Source: Trichinella spiralis
Lineage: Eukaryota
DNA: 64,000 bases
Reading direction: 5' to 3'
Assembly (NCBI RefSeq): GCF_000181795.1
Contig: NW_003526941.1
Coordinates: 10,875,751-10,939,750, forward strand
The notes below the pieces were generated by a model, which had not been told where the DNA came from, made no database searches, and saw only the letters and a list, made by a program, of their open reading frames with translations. Positions 25,201 to 39,792 of the stretch are shown here, in pieces. The first letter of the stretch is position 1. Each line of letters begins with the position of its first letter. A program made the translations under genes and the position numbers.

Positions 25201-28200
25201 CTCTGGCAAACTGATAAACTTCCAAAACTGTACGTGAGAGAAAAAAAATGAATAAATCACAATCACCACCATCACACAATCATCTCATCTTACTCAGTTG
25301 CAGATATTCCCAACGATCTTCCCATCGGCGCATCATTTCGGCACGCTCAGTTGTCAGTTTGATCAATTTCTTTTCAATTTCAGACGAAGCGTAGTGTTTG
25401 CGAGCCAACAAATCCCGACCAAGCGCGATACAACTACTGAAATTCTCTTCCCGGGCATCGATTTCAGCTTTCAACGACTGGTGATTGTTCATCAACAATT
25501 CGACGCCGCTGACATCTTTGGGTCGTTCTTGGGTGTTCATTTCACGCTTCACCTCTTCCATCCAGAGCAACAAGTCGCGCACCATTTGCATGAAACGGAA
25601 CAAGTCGCTAGTGTCGAGCAGCTTGGTCCGTCGCCCTTCGCAGTTCGCCTGCAACAGTCGCCAGGCGTTCAAAACTTCCCCTTCGCGAGCTTGGATTTCC
25701 AAAGCCCGGTCGCCGGCGTAGGACGCTTGCAAAGATCTGGCGTCGGCTTGGACCTGCTTAACTTGGGATTCCAACGACAACAAGTCGGTCAAGAAATTCT
25801 GATGCTTGCGCTGCAAAGCCGACACGCTGCTCGCGTCGCGGCCCAAATCTTCCGGCATGCTGTGGGACTTTTCCAATATTCGAGACAAAGTGTCACGACA
25901 GTCGTGGAAAAATTTGTGCAACTGGCAACTGGCTTCGAGCATTTGGGCGCGAGTTTGCATCAGTTCGAGCAAATTTTCCCAAGCTTCGTTCAAATTGTCC
26001 TTCCACAAGGCGACGGTGGGCGCGTCGGGATGATGCACAGCCATCAGTTGGTCGCATTCTTCGTTGGCGTTCGACACGCGTTCCGTGCCGATCGTTTCCG
26101 TGTCTTTGGCAAATTGTCTGAATCGTTCTTGCAACATCTGAACGTGCTCGTAATCCTGGCCCGCGTCCTGGGATGCGGCGACCACCTCGCGTTCGGCAAT
26201 CCACTGGAGTATGTCTTCGATTTGGCGGTGCAAATTGAACAATTGCAACGTTTCGCCCAAACGATGGCGCCTTTCGCGGCTCAAATCCTGCAAACCGGCG
26301 TAAGATTTGTCGATCTGAGCTTGACGTATGGCGATCGTGTCGCTCATCGGCGCGTGCTCGGCGATCAACTTCTGGGCCCTGTCGGCCAGATCGCGAATCG
26401 TATCGGCAAATTGTTCCACATCTTGTCTTTGACGTTCGTGCTTTTTGATCAAATTTTCCGTCGTAAATTCGTCCCGACCACGGTCGTCGGTCATCATGTA
26501 CAATTCTTGTTCGGACATCCACACTTCGGCCTCGTTCGCGTCGTAAATATACTGGTGGGCTTTTTCCGATTCGGCCAATCGTTGGCGACGTTTTTCGACG
26601 TCCTTTTTCAACTCTTCCAACGCCTCCAACAGTTCTTTGATTTTCGCTTCGAATTCGGGCGCATTTTCGTGTCCCGAAGCGATCAATTTGCGTCCATTGT
26701 CGCAAATTCGCTGAATCCAAGGTTGGTGATTTTCAATTTCATTCTTCAAACTCTGATTCTGCTTCTGGAGACGGTGACAGTCGAACAACGTGTCGCCCAG
26801 CATCGGCGATCGAGCCATCGGTCGACGGTCGGCTATCCAAAGTTTTTCGTCTTCGACGTCGCGCAAAAATTGAAAAGCTTCCTTTTTCCGTTCGAGCAGC
26901 TGGCGACGTTGCTCCAACGGTGCTTGGAGTTTGGAAAATTTTTCCTGCACAGTCAGCCGGTGGGTTTTGATCGCGTCAAATTCTTCCGGTCTCAGTTCTT
27001 CCAACTGCGGTTCCATGGCCTGCAGCTGGCAGACCTGCTGCACTCGTTTCAGCATTTCGCTTTCGATCAACTGCTGCTTCTGTATTTCGACGTTGACCGT
27101 GGCCAAATCTTGGGCAACGTCTTCGGTGCCCATCTGCTTTTCCATCGCCTCGACCCATTCGGTCATGTCTTCGCACGCTTGGACGTAAATTGCTTCGCGA
27201 TTGGCGTCGAACAAGCGTTGGCCTTTCTCCTTAGTTTTGCTCTCCAGTTCGTCGAATTGGGCAGTGAGTTCGGCGACGTGCGGGTCGACGAACGAATCCA
27301 ACTGGGGTTTTTCGGCTATCAGACGCACGCAAGCTTCTTGCAAACGCTGCAAGCGTTCCTTGTTCGACTGGATCTCGGCCTCGAACGCCTGGTGACGCAT
27401 GAATTTGCTGTGCACAGTTTTGGCGTCGCGGTAGGTCTCGTCCTGGGCTCGGATCATCTTCTCCTCGATCCACCGGCGCAATTCTTCGCAGTCGCTCAAG
27501 AACTGCTGCAGAGCGACGTGCTCGCGCAGGCGTTCGGTCATGCTGTTCGCCTTTTCGCGGTTCAATTCCCGACGCTCGTGCACGTTCGACACTTTCTTGT
27601 GAATGCGGTCGGCGGCGAAATGGCCGTCCTCGCACAGCTGGTTGCCGAACACGACCACCGCCCGGATCTTCTCGTCGCCGGCTTCCATTGTGGTCAAAAA
27701 GTCGCCGTGACGTTTCAACATCGTCTCGGCTTGTTCCAAAGATGTCGGCGCTTCGTCTTTGGCCAAATAATTTTCCTGCTGATTCAAAAGCAACTCGGCC
27801 TGTTTCGCGTCGCGCAAAAACATCTGCAAATTCAACGCCTGGGACAGCATCGCCTGTCTGTTGTCCCACATGCGGTGCAATTCTTGCCAGCCTTCCTGCA
27901 GACCGTCCAACCGCTGTCTGAGCAACAAGTACTGCGGATCGGTCTGGTCCTGGGTGACGCGGTCGCCCATCATGCGCATTTTGGCGTAATCTTCCGCGTA
28001 GCCGTCGATCTCTTCGCGAATCACCGAATGCTGACTGAGCAGCTGCTCCGCCTCGGCCAAACTCTGCGGCTCGTCCTCGCTGGCCACTTGCCTCATGACG
28101 CTGCTCAACCAACCCTGGAAATGGTCCAAGTCGCGCAAAAAGCGCTGCAAGTCGCCAGCTTCGTCCAACTTCGCCTCGTATTCGCGCACTTTGCCGGTCA

Positions 28201-31200
28201 ATTTGTCCCAGACGTACTGGATGCGGGCGATGTTCTCGCGGATCGCTTCGACCTCTTCCGGGCGTTCCTGTTGCAAGCGGACCGCCTGCTGTTCCAAATT
28301 GTCCAATTTCGCCTGAATGGCGCCCAAATCCCGTTCCATCATCGACAAACGGCGCTGCAATTTCATAATACCGCTCAGGTCGTCTTTCAATTCTTCGGTA
28401 TCTTCGAGCACTCGAGTTTTGTCCTGAATCCAAGTGACCGTCTCTTGGCAATCGATGCGGAACGTCTGCAAACGATGCGCCTGGTCCAACTCGAGCTTCT
28501 TGCGGCGGACCATGTCCTGGAGTTGGGCCCAGCGGGCGTTGAGCCGATTCTGGCGTTGCAGGATCGCATCCGAATTCGGATGCTCGACGTGCAACAACTG
28601 TCTGGACAATTTGTTCACCGTCAACACTTTGGCCGACTGATTGTTCAAATCTTGTTCCAAAGTTTCGAACCGATGTCGCATGATTTCGACCTCTTCGAGA
28701 TCGTCGGCCGGTTTCAACGATTCGAGCAGTTTGGCTTTTTCGTCGATCCAAGCTTCCAAATTGTCGGTATCGTTGAACAGCTTGTACAAAGTGAGCGCGT
28801 CGAGCAGGCGCTGTTTGCGCATGCTTCCCAATTCCATCACCTCAGCGTAGCGTTTTTCGATCTGGCCCAGACGATCCGCCACGTCCGGACCAGCGCGAGC
28901 CGCTTCGGGAAGTTGTTCCGCCTGCGCGTACAACTGATCCAACGAATTGCGACCATTCTGAAGTTCTTCGGTCACACCGTCGTGCTGTTTTATCAAATGC
29001 TGGACCGACGGTTCGTCCTTGCCCACGTCCTCGCTGCTCAAAATGCGCAACGAATCCAACAGCCAAGCTTCGTTGTCGTCGATATCCGAAAACAACTGAT
29101 AATAGTCGACCGCTCCGACCAGACGCTGCTTGCGCAAGTTGGCCAACGTCTGCAACGCCTGCCACATCTCTTCGATGTGGTCGATTTGAGCTTGGACGTC
29201 CGACGAGCCGGGCAAATTTTCCCCAATCAACCCACGGCCAATGTCAATGACGGCATTTTTGTTCCGCTGCAAAGAAGCGATTTGATCTTCAACGCTCTTG
29301 TGCTTGGCCAAGAGCAAGTTGACCGAGACGACGTCGTGACCAACGTCCGGCGAGCTCAGTACTTGCTCCAATTCTTTAAATCCTTGTTCGAGCTCTTCGG
29401 CGTCGAGGAAAAATTGACACAAACGCTTGCTGTCCTCCAAACGCCGACGTCGCTGTTCCACCATCGCCAGCAGCTCTTTGTAAGCCGCCTCCAACATCTG
29501 AATTCTCTCCTGAACCAGAGCCGGTTCGACGGGCTGGTAGCCGGATCCGTCGGGTCCGTCGGGATGGGTGAATTTCTCCGCCTGCTGGCAGACGAGCTTC
29601 AGCCGATCGCCGACAATGTTCACGTCCGCTTCGACGAGCTGGTGCTTCTGTATCAAATCTTCGACGCCCATCAAATGTTTGCCGTAATCGTCGCTGAGCA
29701 TGCGAGCTTTCAGCTCTTCCATCCAGCCGAGCACGTGAATCATGTCTTGGAATATTTTCTGTATAACCATGCTGAGTTCGAGGCGCACTCGGCGGGCCAT
29801 CAGCAACTCCAACAAAAAGTTCCACAACTGGAGCACGTTGTCCTTGCGTGCGTTGATGCGATCAATGTCGTTGTAATTTTCCGCTTCCAAATCTTGAGCG
29901 ACCGCTACGACCGCTTGGACGCGTTCCTCGTAAGCGTAGATGTCGGTTTCGATGGCTTCGTGCTTTTTGGTAGCCGCCTCGACCGAAGGCAGATCTGAAC
30001 CGAAATTATCCTGCGACACAAGCCGCTGATTTTCGGCCAGCCAAGTTTCTCGCATGCCGGCCTTGCGATCGAAACGCGCGGCCAATTGTTCCAGCTTCTC
30101 TTGACGAATCAGTTCTTCTTTCAAAGCTAATTCACGTTCGTGTTCGGCTTTTTCCAAATTTTCCCAAGCTTTGTTAATGTCACTGATCATACGTCCTTCG
30201 CGTGGCAGGTACGGTTTCTGATTGTTGGCGCGCATGCGCGACTGCAAAGTGAACAGCAAAACTTCCAAATTGCCTTTCGAAACGAACCTGTAACACAACA
30301 CAAAAAAATTCACACAATTATACCAATCTTTCGCACGTACAGTGAAAGCAAGCATGGTATTTTCTCTGACAACAACAACTGTTCGAAAAGCTCACTTTGG
30401 GGGTTTCTCTTCGGTTCGGTAATTGTTGAATGTGGTCAGCTGCTTCTGTACCCCGACCAAGCTGTTCACAAATACACGATCGTTCAATTTTTCAATCGTC
30501 TTCTTGATCCACTGAAGCAAATCCGACGATAAGCGTTCATATTCTTCAATCATCACATCGTTCTCCATCAATTCAGAGACAACTTTTCCAATTCGTCTGC
30601 CTTGTATTGTTTCTTGGCGCAACTTGTTGAAATAATGATAATAACTGACTAAGTAGGTAATGATTGATTTTTCGTCGGGCATTTCAACGTTCACATCTAG
30701 AATAAAAAACAAAAACAACAATAATAAAACACATTAAAATTTAAAACAATTCACACAATTTATCCTACAAACCTTCAGCATCCAAAAGCGACGTAATGCC
30801 GAGTTGATTTTCAGCCACTTCAAATGCATTTTTCAAATTGTGCAACGCATTCGACCTCTGCAATTTTTCGAACGAGATCAAATCCGGACGATGCTTGTGG
30901 ATCAGAGCATTGAATGCTAGTCCATCACGCCAGCTGGTGGTGAAATTTCGCACATTCACGTTCGGATAACCGGCGGTCTTCATCTGGCACCAAAGAAGCA
31001 AAGCTTCGCGAGCAGATCGCGTTTCTTGACTTTCCGTATCAAACAATTCGATCCCTTGAATCTGAACACAAGCCATGAAAAACCGATCACAATTAACACA
31101 CACCGAAACGACCGATTCACCGAGATTAAACAAAACTACTGATAAACTAATACGGACCAGGATAGATGAACTGACAGTCTGACTAACAAACACACAATAA

Positions 31201-34200
31201 CTAATTATCACTAATCGATGAAAAAGCAAAGCTGAATCATTTTCATGTAAACAAAAACGCACACATTTCCGGATTTAGCATTACAAAGTTACTGAGACTG
31301 GTGATGTGTTCACTAAAAATTAAATTGAAAAAAAGCCAAGCCAGAAGGCTAAATTCTGGCTAGCAATGATGCATCATCGTGATGACTAGTACAGAAAAGC
31401 ATTTCAATCGAACTGAAGTTAAACAAAGCTTACTATCACACTTCCGCCATTTGAATAACAATAATTATTTAAATAATGCTCAGAAAGCAAGAAAGTTTTA
31501 CAATAAAGTAAATGTTATTTATCAAAATAACCGAGTTTGGATGTTTGATTTGTAAGTAAACTGAACAGAAAAATTTTGATCAAATCAATATATATATACA
31601 TATATGACTGCTCAAACAGACGTGAAAAAAAGCTGTTGAATATACTGTTCGACCACAAGAATAGCAAACTTAATCTTCTAGAGAAAATATTATAAACCCC
31701 CCCTTCCCAACATCTCATTCACTAATAAAACCGTCATATGAGCAATAAAAAGAAATAAATTTTAAATACCTGAAATCGAAGAATAATGGTCCAGATGAGA
31801 CCGAGAGAAAGTCGTGGATTTCCGTCAACAATATCATGGGAGCCCATGTTTTCTAAGTGCACATGCTGTAATCGCAAAAATTGCAGTGCTTTGTCGACGT
31901 TCTCCAAACAGTGAATGCGCATTTTGCCTTTGGTCGGCTTGGGCTGTACAGAAAAGAAAAACACCGATAAATGAAGAAAACAAAAAAAATTAATAATTTT
32001 AATTGAACAATGCTAATTACCAGTCGTTCCCCGCTGAGAATTTCAAGTAGTTTAATGAGCATCTTGCCGTCACGCAAATCAGTATAGAGATCCTGTATCC
32101 GACACTGGGCACGTTCCAAGTGGGAGTTGACCCACTTGGTGAAAGTCTTCTTTTGAACATTTTCACGTTCGTCTATAAAAAGATACACACAAGCTCATCA
32201 AAAAAGCATATACAAAACAACAACAACAACAACAATAAATATAATAAAGGGTTTAAGAAAAATAAGAAAAAACAACACTTTCAATCTACCCTTCAATATT
32301 TTGACAATCTTGTCCATTGTGTACAAATCCAATTCCTCTTCAGACAACAAGAGCGAAGAAGAATCGTCGCCTCTACTGTCAGCAGTAGCCCGACTGTCAT
32401 GAGCATTATTAGCATGCAAATATTCACAAGATTTGTTCATAATTGCTTTCAATAATCGAATCAACCAAAGTGATCAATATTAATTTGAAAAAAAAGAATT
32501 CACTTGCTCTCTCTCACTCTCTCTTTACAAAACCACACAGTACTCTCACTGATTGACGACTTTCTAGCAGAAGACAGTAAAGATAGCAGCGGCGCAACAA
32601 TTTTCCAGATAACGTGACAAACTATCACACAATCAGTGTAAGCAAGCAAAATGGCGCAGAGTAAGAAAAAAGAAATAGGAGTAAATAACAAACATGATAA
32701 TGATTGCAATAAAATGCTCTTTTGAATAAATAACTGTTGCTTAGAGCTTTGCGCGTTTTGAAAGTTTATAAATTATTGATAAAGCATTTATAGAACAAAG
32801 TTATAAAAAGCAAAATGAAAAAAAAATAGTAACTTAATAAGCGCAAGTAATACTAACCTTTCCGTTCAATAATTATAAAAATACATGCTACGAAAATAAT
32901 GCACAGAAATGAAAAACTGCAAATAAATTTCACTGTATCGAAATGCCCCTTTTCAAAGAAAAACAAACTTCTGATGAAATTTAAATCTGAAAAAATGTCT
33001 CACGCATGCAAACACAATCGTAACCTTATCCACGCTACTTCTTCACGCACGCTCGTATTATATAGTAAGTGACAAGCGCAAGCAAACAAAAATGTATGAT
33101 GATACCAAAATCAAACTGTTTTAACCAGGATAATATGAAAGCATCGCGATATTCACATGAACCAGTATACTGTGATGCAAAAATAAATTTGAGAAAAAAA
33201 ATTCTATTTAAAAAACAAACTTCCTAAATTCACATTAGGACGTTTAAATTAAATTGTCGATAATTGAATTACATGTTTAAACTATATTAGTTTAAACTAA
33301 ATTAGTCGATTTTAATAATAAAAACAGCACATGTCAATCAAAATACACCTATGCATTTTTGCGTAGAGAAATTTTTATCCCTCTTTTCTTAGATTCCTTC
33401 AAAAAAAACAAGTATTTAAAATATATTAACAAGGACTCTCAAAATGTGAAAAGCTGCTGAAAAAAACCAACCACGAAATAAGAAATGCTTAATTTCTATT
33501 GCAGTGCAAAGTAGTCAAACAGCTGCCCAACGCCTATGCAATGCTTGCTCATCGCCATTCTTCACTTAATTATAACAATATCAATTAAAGTTTCAATTAT
33601 AAAAAAAACCGCAAATTCTTCGCTGGGTAAAAATAAAAAGTGAAGTACGTAATGATGATGCAAATTATTCATGCTAAAAGTATGAATGAATCAAAAGAAT
33701 GTCAACAACAAGCAGCGTTTGCACTAGAAAAATGAAATTATAAAATCTAGAAATGGTCATATTATCGGGACGTAGAAATGGCAAGTTAACAACACACTGA
33801 CAACTGATCGCCTAATGAAATTTATAAAACGCCAAGCAGCTCTTAATTGAAACAACATAAACATATGGCAACAGTTGTCACAGTGAAAATGCTTATTTCT
33901 TGTACTGCGGCCTGTTACGGTTAATAAATCTTCTAATCCAATACACAAATCAATTGTTCGAATTCTTTGAAACATTTATTACTACACTTTTAGCAAATAT
34001 TCTATACCAATTTGATTATGCTTGAAAATCTACTGTCTACAGTACACCAAATGGCCATCTCAAATGCGTGGATACGTTTCTGAATTTTTCTAACGCACAA
34101 AATCTGACCTTCACAACATAAAGAAAATAGTTCAGCTGTACAGTGGAAATGAAAAGAAAATCAACCAATGTGAAAATTGCACGTTGAACAAGCTAGAGAT

Positions 34201-34863
34201 GAATTAGCAATTGTTCACACAAACACACTATTCGTTCTCAAATGTAAACTGTTAGAAAGTAAACAAGCAAGCAAAGTCATGCAGCCAGTTGTGCTCGACA
34301 CTGCGTTGCTTAATTAATTCGTTTAATTTAAATTTCTAATTGTTTACCACTGTGAAAAAGATGCTTCGAGTAAAAAACAACAAGAACAGAAAAACTTTAA
34401 AACTATTTCGCAACTGAAATATTATTATTAGTAGTAGTTGGGGAAAAAAGTGTCGTCGATATTTTTATATATTTTCAAATCGATAAGCATTTGCTAGAGA
34501 GCTAAATTTTAAATTGCACAATCAAATCGGCTGCATATATTTCAATGTCAAAATTATAAAGGAGAAAAAGAAGAAGCTAAATTTGCATCCATCCTTCATC
34601 TAAAGCTGACATACACACACTCGCCTCTCCGTTCGGCTGTTTATCTATTCTACAATCTGCTCTCTTTGGGGCAAGCAAGCGGAGTAAAAGAAAGCTCGAA
34701 ATAAGTGAATAATAAATAATAATAGTGATAATAATAAAATATCCTCACCAGCGAGGGCTTTGATTCTGGAACGTTCGAACAGACGAGCCGAAGAATTTTC
34801 GTCATAATCTTCAAATATGTGCTCATCGACGTAATCTGGTCGAATTGCAATATCAGTCGTCAT
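22291..34863 (-). CDS. unc-70: Beta-spectrin (beta-G), long PH-containing isoform
   Basis: Exons: 34863-34749, 32172-32021, 31943-31770, 31061-30773, 30696-30396, 30287-25294, 25227-25136, 25075-24971, 24081-23984, 23914-23850, (23171-23082), 22902-22751, 22688-22542, 22449-22291. Motifs include [31 protein letters not shown], tandem CH domains, spectrin repeats and a C-terminal PH (EGHLIRKH...RSWDKLYCV). Confidence 0.97.
24537..24727 (-). CDS. unc-70: Alternative 3' exons of beta-spectrin giving a short PH-less C-terminus (24727-24614 and 24554-24537)
   Basis: Phase-0 exon ttttgaag|[38 protein letters not shown]|gtattg, then a strong pyrimidine tract and ctacag|QEEKI*. Confidence 0.6.
24911..24939. 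repeat. (AACTG)n pentanucleotide repeat, read as (TTCAG)n on the transcribed strand
   Basis: aactg x5 plus aact, in the spectrin intron preceding the alternative exon. Confidence 0.9.
32290..32440 (-). CDS. unc-70: Alternative first coding exon of beta-spectrin
   Basis: ATG at 32440 encodes MNKSCEYLH...[17 protein letters not shown] followed by G|gtagat. It is phase 1, the same as canonical exon 1, and joins AC GAA CGT to give DERENVQKK. Confidence 0.65.
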
Positions 34864-37800
34864 ATTTTGATTTTAGTAATATTTCAAATTTTCTTTTGAC
34901 AAAATAAAAAATTATTCTCCACTTCGAGTGTGCACAAATAAACGCAACCAATCAATAAAGCCGCTGCAACACCTGAAACAAAAAAGAGATAGAAAAAAAT
35001 TAATATGCAAATAAATTTTAACACAGAATAAATAAAACAATAATAAAACATATCGTGCTAATAATTTAATAATTAAATGTGAAGTAAAAGCGAAATGCAA
35101 ACAGAAAGGCCAGACGAACCACCGCTGGGCTGCGCGTAAAATCAATCAATCCCCCCAAACCCCTGTTGCAACAGAAACCAATGATGAGCTATAATCATCA
35201 TTGGTTGATTATATTCAGTCCGGCTAAAACTAGTTTCGATCCAACCGCGCGATGCTTTCTCTCTCGCCAAAGCCTACTAACCGTGAGAAAATAACAATCG
35301 TTCGATCACATTACTGTGCTTCATTCTGCACACCAACAACAACAAACTTCAAATAAAAATTATTTGATAAAGGGAAAATATTTTCAAGAAAAAAAAATAA
35401 ATTATTAAAATTATGAGCAGAATTTGAGAAAACAATACAACAGCATCCGGCTGAACAAGAAACAAACCGACAAGAACAACTAGCCACTGGCCAGTTATTG
35501 TTGACAACACAGACAGAGCAGCAACAAATGTATATATGTAGCGTCGTCCGTCGTCGTACAACTTTTCTCCGGGACAAAAAATTAAAGCAGGTTCAAAACA
35601 CAATCAACCAGACTGCTGCTGTTCCACAATAATGCAGGCAAATCATCAACGCGCTACAAGGCAAAAGCAGCAGTATCAAACACACGGACGGACTAGTCAG
35701 GAAAAAAAAAGAGAAATTTCCACTAATCGTTGTGCATTCACTAGTATCAAATGGCGCACAACTGTCGGACGGCGAATTCCGCTGAAAAATTGCCCCCTTC
35801 CCTCGCTTTTCTCTCTACATATGCTCGAGCGATTGTGATTCGCCGACGCCTGCAAGCAAATTCAAGCTAGCCACTTGAAAAGCACGGCGAAAGACATTCA
35901 CTTCCGAACAAATATGAAACTACTAGTCGAAAGTTGAAAAAAAATGACCATCTGCACTACAGTAACTATTGAAACGCAAGTTTGAAAAAAAATAAACTAA
36001 ATCAAAACAACAAAAAGCAACACAAAAAATAGCGAATTCAGTTTCCTGGATGCCGAGGAAAAAGAATTTTTTTTAAAAAAAAATCATCACAATCGATTAA
36101 TTTTTAAATAAATATTTTGGACAACTATCAAAATATAAAAAAAACAAAGCAAAAACAATTCAACCATATCCTTAATTGAAATCAACAACCATGCAACACA
36201 AACAAAAGAGCGAACAAATGCAGTTAGCATGCTTCATTCCCATTTTTTTCCACTTCAATGCAACAATAATGCCGGAAAAAGAAACAAAAACGGAAAAAGA
36301 AGTCCGATGTTCTATTCTGTTATACCCAAGAAGCTTTGTTGTATTGCATTCATTGTCGTCATTTGAATTGACCGAGTTTCGACGAACGGCAAAGCGCACA
36401 CAGAACAACAACACAACGCATCAACTACTTTATAGCTTAATGATTTGGTCGATTAATTATGGAAAAGCCACTGCTGACTTGCTATGTTTGATTAGGAAAA
36501 TCGCGCGCGATGATTAATGCTAAATCAATGTCGAAATAAAACGAAGAAACTTTCACAAAAAAAAAACAACATTATTAATAAATAGTCAACCTTGTTCCAC
36601 GTCCGAATGGGAAAATGATCGACCAATTTTCTCAACTACTACCAACAACTATAGTACGAAATACAATGATTTCACTGTGCAAGATTTGCATAATAGTGGA
36701 AAAAGTGAAACTGATTCAGTTTGTACAAAAAGTAAACAACATAGCAAATGTCAACAACAACAAAAAAACACAGAAAGCAACAAAGAATTGGAAAGAAAAA
36801 ATGAAAAAAATGCGCCCAACAACTTGTGGTCACAAAAACTAGCCGCCCACGCATGCGAAGCGTGTTGACAGTGGTGAGATTGATGGAAAAATGGGGCCAC
36901 GACCTTCTGTAGTTGTCGACGATCAATGCACGGATTGTCAAACAAGTGTCAACAACAGGAACAATGAGCTAGCTAGCTAGCTAGCCAGCCAGTCAGCTAT
37001 CTACCTTCACCACAAGGTAAGCAAGGAATAAAATTGAAAATTTCAAATCAATTGAAAAAAAATCGATCATCAAAAATCAGCAACAACAAAAAATTAATAC
37101 ATGCAAATTTTGTGATTTTTTTTCATAATTCGGCAAAACTTAAGCATGTAAACAAGCAGTTGAGCAGCTAAAAACTAAACTCATCCTTTAGTGAACAACA
37201 ACAGTTAAATCGACGATATCGTTCGATAAAAGCTTGTTCAACGCGTTCAACGTGTAGTCTCGTGGTAGTGGTAGTGGTGTGTGTGCAATCTGACGACGAC
37301 AAGCGAAAAATCAATAACATCAGAATTAAGAAAAACAAACGACAGCTTGGCATTGGAGTCAGATTTCAAGAACAGTGAATAAAAAAGCAAAAATATCACC
37401 GTCGGCAGACTTTAGATGATAAATATTAATGAGCATACGTATAATATATCTGAAGTTTCTGGTAAGCGAGATCAGCGAGATCCGTTACCACAGCAACAAC
37501 TGCTCAATGTTTTCCAGCTTCGACTTGAAAATTCTTCCCCACGCCAAGCCAAGAGAAATGGAAAGCGTCCCTATATGCATCGCAGTAGCGCATCGCAATT
37601 AGCAGTTGGTTGGTTAGTTACTAGTAGCTTTTCGCTTGGCCTTAGTAGCGCAACAGAAAATCTGAACGGATGAACAGCAGCAACAGCAACAGCAGCAGCA
37701 GCAGCAATAAGCCAATTTGAAGTGCTGGCACCCGCAGAATTGCGGCGCGTCCGGCCCAAAGCGCTTAATTGACGAATGAAAGCCAGTTGCTTGATTTGCA

Positions 37801-39792
37801 ACAAATACGCAAAGTGCATACTAAAATCAAAGCCATCTCCGGCACAGAAAGAAAACTGAGAGTGGAGGAAGGGAATGGAAAAAATGACCGAACAAAAATT
37901 TTCATAATCATAATTTTACAACAAACAACAGAGAAAAATGAAATCAGCGTCGAAAATTGATCGTGAGTGAAGTAGAAATAGAAATACTTTTCGTAAAACA
38001 ACAACGAAGTGCACATAAATTCTGATTTATCAAAAAAAAATCAGTTCTCCGAAAAAAACAGAAAAAAAAACGCAGAATATTTTCTGAAAAATGCAAACGT
38101 CAAACTGCAGCTGCATTATATCCAACGATTCATATCAAAGCAGCTGTCGCTCGTCTGGGATATTCGAAAAAATAAAATTCTCATGTTGTTTGCAAATCAG
38201 AATTCGAACAAACGGCTTTACGAGAAAAGAACACTTAGCTGATCATCGACCATGAAAACTTGTGCTCACCATCTGCATGAGTCATTAGTCAAAAACTTGA
38301 AAATCAAATACGGTAAACATGCGCACCAGTCATTTAGTAGATGATTCATGAGCGTAGAAAGTTTTTTTTTGGCAGACGGAATAAATCACTTCCGTCACAA
38401 TTCAAATTGTACTTGCCAAATCAATACCGAACCAAAAGAACCAAATACCGTGCAAATTGCGCTTTCAAATCAGCACGCAAATATATTGAATTTATATTTA
38501 AAAAATTTTAAATTATTCTGAAATGCAAGTGAATAAAGTAACAATGCTGTTCTGAAGAAATCTTGAAAAGCGGTACACAAAAATATAAATAAACGCCTAA
38601 TCGATCTGTTTCAAAATCAATTTGCTGCAAAAGCTCTACACTAGACGATCAATATGAACCGCATTATTTAAGACGAAATAACGCACCAAAGCCTTAACCA
38701 TTGGACATGATCCGCTTCAACATAATTCGGAATGAATAGTCTGAACAACTTCATCCCCTGACAGCTCTCATCAATTTATATAATTTATTTATAAAAATAC
38801 TTACAAATCTAATTAATAACAAAAATCATAGTAAATTTTAAATCATACTAATATGACCAATTACAATTAACAATAAATTAAATGGTCAGACAAAGTACCG
38901 TCAACACGGATGAAAGTTTATCATGAAACAAAGCATATTTTTCAAGTTAAAATCTGTATTTAGTGTAACTTCTCGACTCTGAAGCAAACATTAACTATTC
39001 GCGCCATGCAACAAAACTAACTTTGGAATAATAAAACAGTAAAGACAATAATAATAATAATAATAATAGTTTATATGATCGCTTAAAATTGGTAAAAATT
39101 TACTCAATCAATTATTTTGGAAAAAAATTCAAGTTTGTTACCGGCAAAAGGAATTCTCGATAAAACCAGTCAACCAGTGAAAACAATAAAATTACATTCT
39201 ACAATGGTAAGGTACAAAATTTGATTAAAATGTATTAATTTCAATTACGTGTTAAATAAGTTTCATGGAAAAAATAATTAGAAGCGTTATTCGAAATGTT
39301 AAAAAATATGAATTATATTTTTAATTCTTATATTTAAAAAATAATTAATCTAGCAGTGCGTTTGATTTCAAGAAACATAACTGACCAATTACATTTGCAA
39401 AATCATTGAAGCAAATTTCAGGTTGTAATAATATTTTTCATTAAAATTGATTTTATTATTTATTTTGATTATATCTTTGAGTTGAAAAATTGATTTTATA
39501 AAGCTTTACTTACTTTATTTAATGCTGTTTATAAATATTTTCTAATAATGCTGCGTGAATGTTCCTTTAAACAATGATTTATGACACAGTAGGTTTAAAT
39601 TTTCAATTATAAAACAAATTGTAATTAATTCAGATGTATCGTCTCAATATTTAAGCATTAATTAACCAGATTTAAAAAAATTGTTAGATTTAAATTACTG
39701 TACCATATATGACACGCATGTTCAAATCCTACTGTACTCTCGTTAAGAGGTAAACTAGCAGCTTTGGTGTGCGATTGATTGTCGGTGCTTCA

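Noticed and set aside
25893..28751. 275-aa and 506-aa Arg-rich alternative-frame ORFs inside spectrin
   Set aside because: These are expected off-frame ORFs of a GC-rich, biased coding exon and have low-complexity Arg/Gly composition.
35300..38300. Many short ORFs and simple repeats (AGCT, CAG/CAA) upstream of spectrin
   Set aside because: There is no coherent exon chain or domain. The region is most consistent with promoter, 5'-UTR or intron sequence.
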